IMG/VR virus record: IMGVR_UViG_3300034375_010173
Coordinates: 1 to 25,226 of that record
Reading direction: 5' to 3' (one strand)
DNA length: 25,226 nucleotides
Origin: a virus
Lineage: Duplodnaviria; Caudoviricetes
A program made the translations under genes and the position numbers. Of this stretch, positions 24,041 through 25,226 are shown piece by piece. Under the pieces are notes generated by a model. That model had not been told where the DNA came from and did no database searches. It was given only the letters and a program-made list of their open reading frames with translations. Within the stretch, counting starts at the first letter, position 1, and every line of letters starts with the position of its first letter.

Positions 24041-24649
24041 TTAACGCATAATAGATAGATATACTTCAGAAAAATCTCGGACTGCACTTGTGTAGTCAGT
24101 AGTTACAAATCTGCATTGAGTGGTAGTTTTTGTGCTTGCAGATCCATATTGGCTTACACCTTTAACGTTGATTGTAAAACCAGAATTTGGGATACCACCA
24201 CACAAGCTACCTAAAAATGCGTAATGTGCATCAGGCATCGCAGTCGCAAAATTCACGGTATAATCACCTGTTCCGTTGTCAGTAATACTGGATACATTTC
24301 CGCTAGCCCGTATAGCCACAGTAGTGCCAGTCCCATTAAAATTCACCCATGCCCTACACGCATAAATTGGAGCCGAGCCTGAAGCATTGATTGCTGTTTT
24401 TACATTAGACTCATTTGCACTGAAACTAACATTGATTGTACGGTTTGTGCTCAAATCACCCCCACCAGATAGACCTGTTCCTGCTGTGATCGTTCTGGAT
24501 GTTCCAACGAAATCAGTGGATGCACTAGTAGCCGCAGTCCCTAGTCCTAAATTTGTTCGATTCGTTGCACTGTCAACGTTGTTCAAAGTGACTACACCAC
24601 CAGATTCGGTAAGTGCAGTCGTCCCATTTAGTTGAATTTCACCTGCCAT
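24041..24649 (-). CDS. Tail-fibre-related protein with C-terminal RAWVNFNG domain
   Basis: RTNLGLGTAAT, ITAGTGLSGGGDLS.NRTI, ACRAWVNFNGTG...IRASGNVSSITDNGTGDYTVNF.TAMPD..YA. Confidence 0.8.
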   Translation of the reverse strand: MAGEIQLNGTTALTESGGVVTLNNVDSATNRTNLGLGTAATSASTDFVGTSRTITAGTGLSGGGDLSTNRTINVSFSANESNVKTAINASGSAPIYACRAWVNFNGTGTTVAIRASGNVSSITDNGTGDYTVNFATAMPDAHYAFLGSLCGGIPNSGFTINVKGVSQYGSASTKTTTQCRFVTTDYTSAVRDFSEVYLSIMR

Positions 24650-24650
24650 T

Positions 24651-24872
24651 TTATGCCTTTAAATTTTTAAGTTCAGTCAATGTCGTGCAGGTATCCACCT
24701 GTGCTGGCAAATCTCTTAGCACGTGTTTCTGCGCTACGATGTCTGCTGTGTCTGCACCTGTCTCCAATGCTCTCTGATACTGCACATCCAAGTCCTGCAA
24801 CTTTGGCATTCGTTCCTGCCGTAACCGATCTGCTGTAACCGTTTTTGCTTTGTCAAAATTTACAGTAATCAT
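24651..24872 (-). CDS. Tail-fibre assembly chaperone-like protein
   Basis: ITVNFDKAK....R.ER.P.L..LDV.Y.RALE.......K..LRDLP motif. Confidence 0.7.
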   Translation of the reverse strand: MITVNFDKAKTVTADRLRQERMPKLQDLDVQYQRALETGADTADIVAQKHVLRDLPAQVDTCTTLTELKNLKA

Positions 24873-25109
24873 TTAAGCACCATATCCATCGGGTGAACTA
24901 AAATCTGCTTCCCAAGCTGCTCTGAAAGATCTGTCGTAGTTCCCATCATCATCTACTGGCAATTGGTTTGTAGTAATGAATTTAAAAGGTTTGCCACTCG
25001 GGACATCCTTGACTGCAATTTCTTCTACAGTTAGTTCAGTATTTAGTGCTGGATGCAGCACTGAAATGCCACCGTCATCGTTTGGGAAAATCACTAATCT
25101 GTTTGCCAT
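24873..25109 (-). CDS. Tail-fibre-associated small protein
   Basis: IFPNDDGGISVLHP...IA.KDVP.G.PFK...LP...DRSFRAAW.ADF..PDGYG motif. Confidence 0.7.
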   Translation of the reverse strand: MANRLVIFPNDDGGISVLHPALNTELTVEEIAVKDVPSGKPFKFITTNQLPVDDDGNYDRSFRAAWEADFSSPDGYGA

Positions 25110-25111
25110 AT

Positions 25112-25225
25112 TTAACTCACTATTCTAAGAGTGCCTGTTGTGTCGACATTAAGCGTCCCAGTAAAATTTGCATAGCCGTGACTGATGACTAAATAACCTG
25201 CCATCGTTCCGCTACCCGAAAAGGT
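25112..25225 (-). CDS. 3' end of an upstream tail-fibre-like gene (partial)
   Basis: Open frame TFSGSGTMAGYLVISHGYANFTGTLNVDTTGTLRIVS*, stopping 2 nt before the next ATG. Confidence 0.55.
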   Translation of the reverse strand, partial: TFSGSGTMAGYLVISHGYANFTGTLNVDTTGTLRIVS

Positions 25226-25226
25226 T

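Noticed and set aside
24041-25226. Diversity-generating retroelement or invertible tail-fibre system
   Set aside because: No reverse transcriptase, TR/VR repeat pair, invertase or flanking inverted repeats seen in the window.
1-25226. Alternative genetic code / stop-codon reassignment
   Set aside because: Core genes (terL, helicase, int, tail) are full length under the standard code and coding density is high.

Overview
About 25 kb of a temperate, podovirus-like (P22/lambda-type organisation) phage genome, apparently the free or excised form. A tyrosine integrase (13443-14477) is followed by an intact attP-like site, made of the 3' half of a tRNA-Arg(TCT) plus arm-type repeats and an IHF-like site, with phage genes on both sides. 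Left of the cI-like repressor is a leftward early/middle-to-packaging operon: Zn-finger/SutA-like protein, Sak4-like ATPase, SSB-like protein, RepA/AAA_25 helicase with an iteron-like origin, probable TerS, accessory Zn-binding genes, PD-(D/E)XK nuclease, YqaJ, RusA, TerL, small basic proteins and an ART-PolyVal-like ADP-ribosyltransferase. Right of attP is the end of the leftward late operon: tail-fibre module, holin, M15 endolysin, tail/stabilisation protein and four probable ejection proteins. Portal and capsid genes are not in the window. Four signals are not explained by the gene list. (1) The palindrome GAGCTC occurs about 60 times by hand count versus about 6 expected, and is absent from the low-GC modules. 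(2) A 'GLLD/RSLL' terminal motif is shared by the ejection proteins and the ART protein, a possible capsid-loading tag. (3) There is a symmetric dif-like Xer site at 6083-6110. (4) Nearly every intergenic gap holds a minus-strand structured-RNA candidate, including an H-type pseudoknot. All family calls are from motif recognition by eye; no database search was run.
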